DNA of 64,000 nt from contig JBAYKW010000001.1 in NCBI GenBank assembly GCA_041664365.1, forward strand, positions 7,168-71,167. Direction: 5' to 3'. A program made the translations under genes and the position numbers. The stretch is from Patescibacteria group bacterium (GTDB lineage Bacteria > Patescibacteriota > Patescibacteriia > UM-FILTER-42-10). The notes beneath the pieces were generated by a model. It did not search any database. It saw only the letters and a program-made list of their open reading frames with translations, and had not been told where the DNA came from. Positions 62,082-64,000 of the stretch are shown here, piece after piece (positions within the stretch are counted from its first letter, which is position 1; each line of letters begins with the position of its first letter).

Positions 62082-62086
62082 ATTTT

Positions 62087-62575
62087 TTAGGTTAATGGTG
62101 TAATAATTATTTTTTTTAAATTATATTTATCATCATATTCAATTTTTACGAATTGGAATGTATTTGGATTTGCAAACATTTTTGGTAACCAATTATTCAG
62201 ATCAGGAACAAGTTGATAATCAAGTAAATTATTCTTTGGTATCCACTCCAGTGTCCCTTCATCCACTTCTTGTATAGTTATATTTTTCTTGTAGATATTG
62301 CCATAAAAAATATATATTTGCCAAAATCCAAATTTATCTTTTACAGATAGATTTGCTCTGTAATGCAAATTTTCCATTGAGGTTACTCCTGCCTCTTCTT
62401 TTGCTTCTCTTTGGATTGCTTGTAGTGGAGTTTCACCATTATCAATCTTACCTCCCAAACCATTATATAAATTTGGCAAAATCTTTTTCTTTTTACTGCG
62501 TTTCAACATTAAAACTTCCTCAAATTCATTTTCGAGAAAAACGTCAGTTACGCAGAAATGTGATGATTCTTTCAT
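62087..62575 (-). CDS. NUDIX hydrolase (MutT-like)
   Basis: GGKIDNGETPLQAIQREAKEEAG Nudix box. Confidence 0.9.
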   Translation of the reverse strand: MKESSHFCVTDVFLENEFEEVLMLKRSKKKKILPNLYNGLGGKIDNGETPLQAIQREAKEEAGVTSMENLHYRANLSVKDKFGFWQIYIFYGNIYKKNITIQEVDEGTLEWIPKNNLLDYQLVPDLNNWLPKMFANPNTFQFVKIEYDDKYNLKKIIITPLT

Positions 62576-62590
62576 ATTAATTTGAAAATT

Positions 62591-62765
62591 AAAAAACCAA
62601 ACAACTAACAGTGTTTGGGGTCCCAGAGTCGTGGGACGGTTCCACCCATATTCCTAAGTGTAATAATACAAGGATTAGGCGCTTTTTTTGAATTGGCTGA
62701 TAAACTTAGCGGTTTTGGCCATACCCTTTTACTAGGGTAAGAAAGTTGGTAGCTTTCTCAATCGT
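62591..62765 (-). ncRNA. Threonine T-box riboswitch (transcriptional, very short stem I)
   Basis: T-box AATATGGGTGGAACCGT (62652-62636); antiterminator TGGG[TGGAACC]GTCCCA...TGGGACCCCA; terminator CCAAACA...TGTTTGG-T6; ACC specifier in the loop of an AGAAAG/CTTTCT hairpin; TTGACA-17-TATCTT promoter upstream. Confidence 0.85.
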
Positions 62766-62822
62766 TTAAAAGTAGTTTAAAGATATTCCAAAACAGACTG
62801 TTTGTCAAATTCAGCAGTTTAG

Positions 62823-63980
62823 TTATTTCGAGATTACGATTTCGATATGATCCTTTAATGAAGGGGAGCGGAACACCCAAAACGGAGAGAATTTCACGTC
62901 CACATTTTGAATTTCCGGGAAGTCCAGAAAATATGTCTTGATCTCCTGTTTATCACGGTTCAAAAGATTGTCACGGTCAAAAATCGGACTGGCTAATTTT
63001 ACTTTGGTTGTGCCGTCCAGTTTAACGCTTAAAACAGCCGTTTGGTTTTCCAGGTCAAATGATTTTATAGCATATTGCAGGAGGTTTATTTCCGTACCGG
63101 CCAGTTCTTTGTTGCTGGAGACTTTTTCTGACAATAAATTTTTCGCGTAATTGAACAATTCAGTTTCGTCAAAGACAGCAGCTATTACATTTATCTTGCT
63201 GGTTATTTCAAAAGAATTAACCTCGGCATCGGGTTTAACACTCGCTTCTTCATTCAGTATCTGATAGACAACTGCCTGTGGCAGGATTTTTTCTGCTGAA
63301 TTTTCTATTGCAATCTCTCGGGACAATTCTTCCGCCGCTTTTTCCTTTAATTCAACGGCAAACTCTTCTTTGGAATCGTTGATGTCTTTCAATGTGGCGA
63401 CAGTTACATCACGGAGTCCATTATTCATTGCTTCTGAACTCTCGGCGTAAATTTTATCCTGCAAACCTTTCCAGAGGGCGACAATTGTAAAACGGGAAGG
63501 TCCGATATTTCCCGTCTCGCCTGACTGGTCGGCTTCCACTTCGACTTCCACTTGTCCGCCGGCCGGGACGGTTACTGTTTCTTTGGTCCGGAACAGAACA
63601 TCGTCTTCAGAAAGCAGGCGTGTAGACGCGACCAAAGGTTGATTGCTAGTATATTTATTATAAATTGTAACCGTTCCTTCCGCCTTACCCTGAACTTTGC
63701 TCTGACTGGTTACATTGGTAAATGTTTTAGTTTCCTCGATCTGTTTTTCCACCAACCGACCCGGTAGAGAATTAGTCTGATTTTCAAGTTGATTTATTTC
63801 GGCAGTCAAAGGCAAATCAAAAGAAATACTGACCGCTTCGGGGCTTGGGGTGATTGTAATCACCGTTTTGGCCAGTGATACATATACAATGGCGACTACC
63901 GCAACCAAAGCCACACCAAGAAACAGTACAGCCATTTTTGAATAGCGCTTTCCAATTTTTGTTTTTTTGATTGTCGGCAT
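62823..63980 (-). CDS. Membrane-anchored baseplate-J-like domain protein (common CPR chromosomal gene)
   Basis: N-terminal TM helix; KAEGTVTIYN...QPLVASTR...FRT...VEADQSGETGNI. Confidence 0.7.
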   Translation of the reverse strand: MPTIKKTKIGKRYSKMAVLFLGVALVAVVAIVYVSLAKTVITITPSPEAVSISFDLPLTAEINQLENQTNSLPGRLVEKQIEETKTFTNVTSQSKVQGKAEGTVTIYNKYTSNQPLVASTRLLSEDDVLFRTKETVTVPAGGQVEVEVEADQSGETGNIGPSRFTIVALWKGLQDKIYAESSEAMNNGLRDVTVATLKDINDSKEEFAVELKEKAAEELSREIAIENSAEKILPQAVVYQILNEEASVKPDAEVNSFEITSKINVIAAVFDETELFNYAKNLLSEKVSSNKELAGTEINLLQYAIKSFDLENQTAVLSVKLDGTTKVKLASPIFDRDNLLNRDKQEIKTYFLDFPEIQNVDVKFSPFWVFRSPSLKDHIEIVISK

Positions 63981-64000
63981 TTAACTTAAAAAGAATGGTT

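Noticed and set aside
62823-63980. Prophage suggested by the baseplate-J-like and fibre-like proteins
   Set aside because: No capsid, terminase, portal or integrase genes are present; the protein is membrane-anchored among housekeeping genes.

Overview
Chromosomal window of a low-GC bacterium. The gene content (type IV pilin cluster, DUF5671 and baseplate-J-like proteins, CCCCGTTAGA-type hairpin repeats, many SD-less genes) suggests a CPR/Patescibacteria lineage; this is an inference. The backbone holds a UvrD-nuclease, a P-type ATPase, pyk, an ABC transporter, pil genes, pheST, gyrB, secE-nusG-rplK-rplA, a dTTP operon (dCMP deaminase-kinase-dut-thyA-folA-tmk), gatB, a de novo pyrimidine operon (pyrB-I-D-K-C-E-F) followed by an OTC, and miaA, miaB and thrS, the last under a T-box. 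The most striking element is an AT-rich defence-like island (about 51.7-57.5 kb) bounded by ~82-bp inverted repeats. It ends in a stand-alone group-II-like reverse transcriptase (YADD) whose upstream region is a 150-bp repeat / 165-bp spacer / 150-bp repeat unit. That unit carries promoters, long-range base-pairing between spacer, repeat and tail, and a stop-free frame running through all three parts; by eye it does not fit a group II intron, DGR, retron or CRISPR. A second window-wide pattern is about ten GC-rich, strongly SD-led single-gene cassettes (promoter-ORF-terminator) set between AT-rich host genes, several with a micro-hairpin inserted at the -35 box. All calls were made by eye from the sequence and ORF track; no searches were run.
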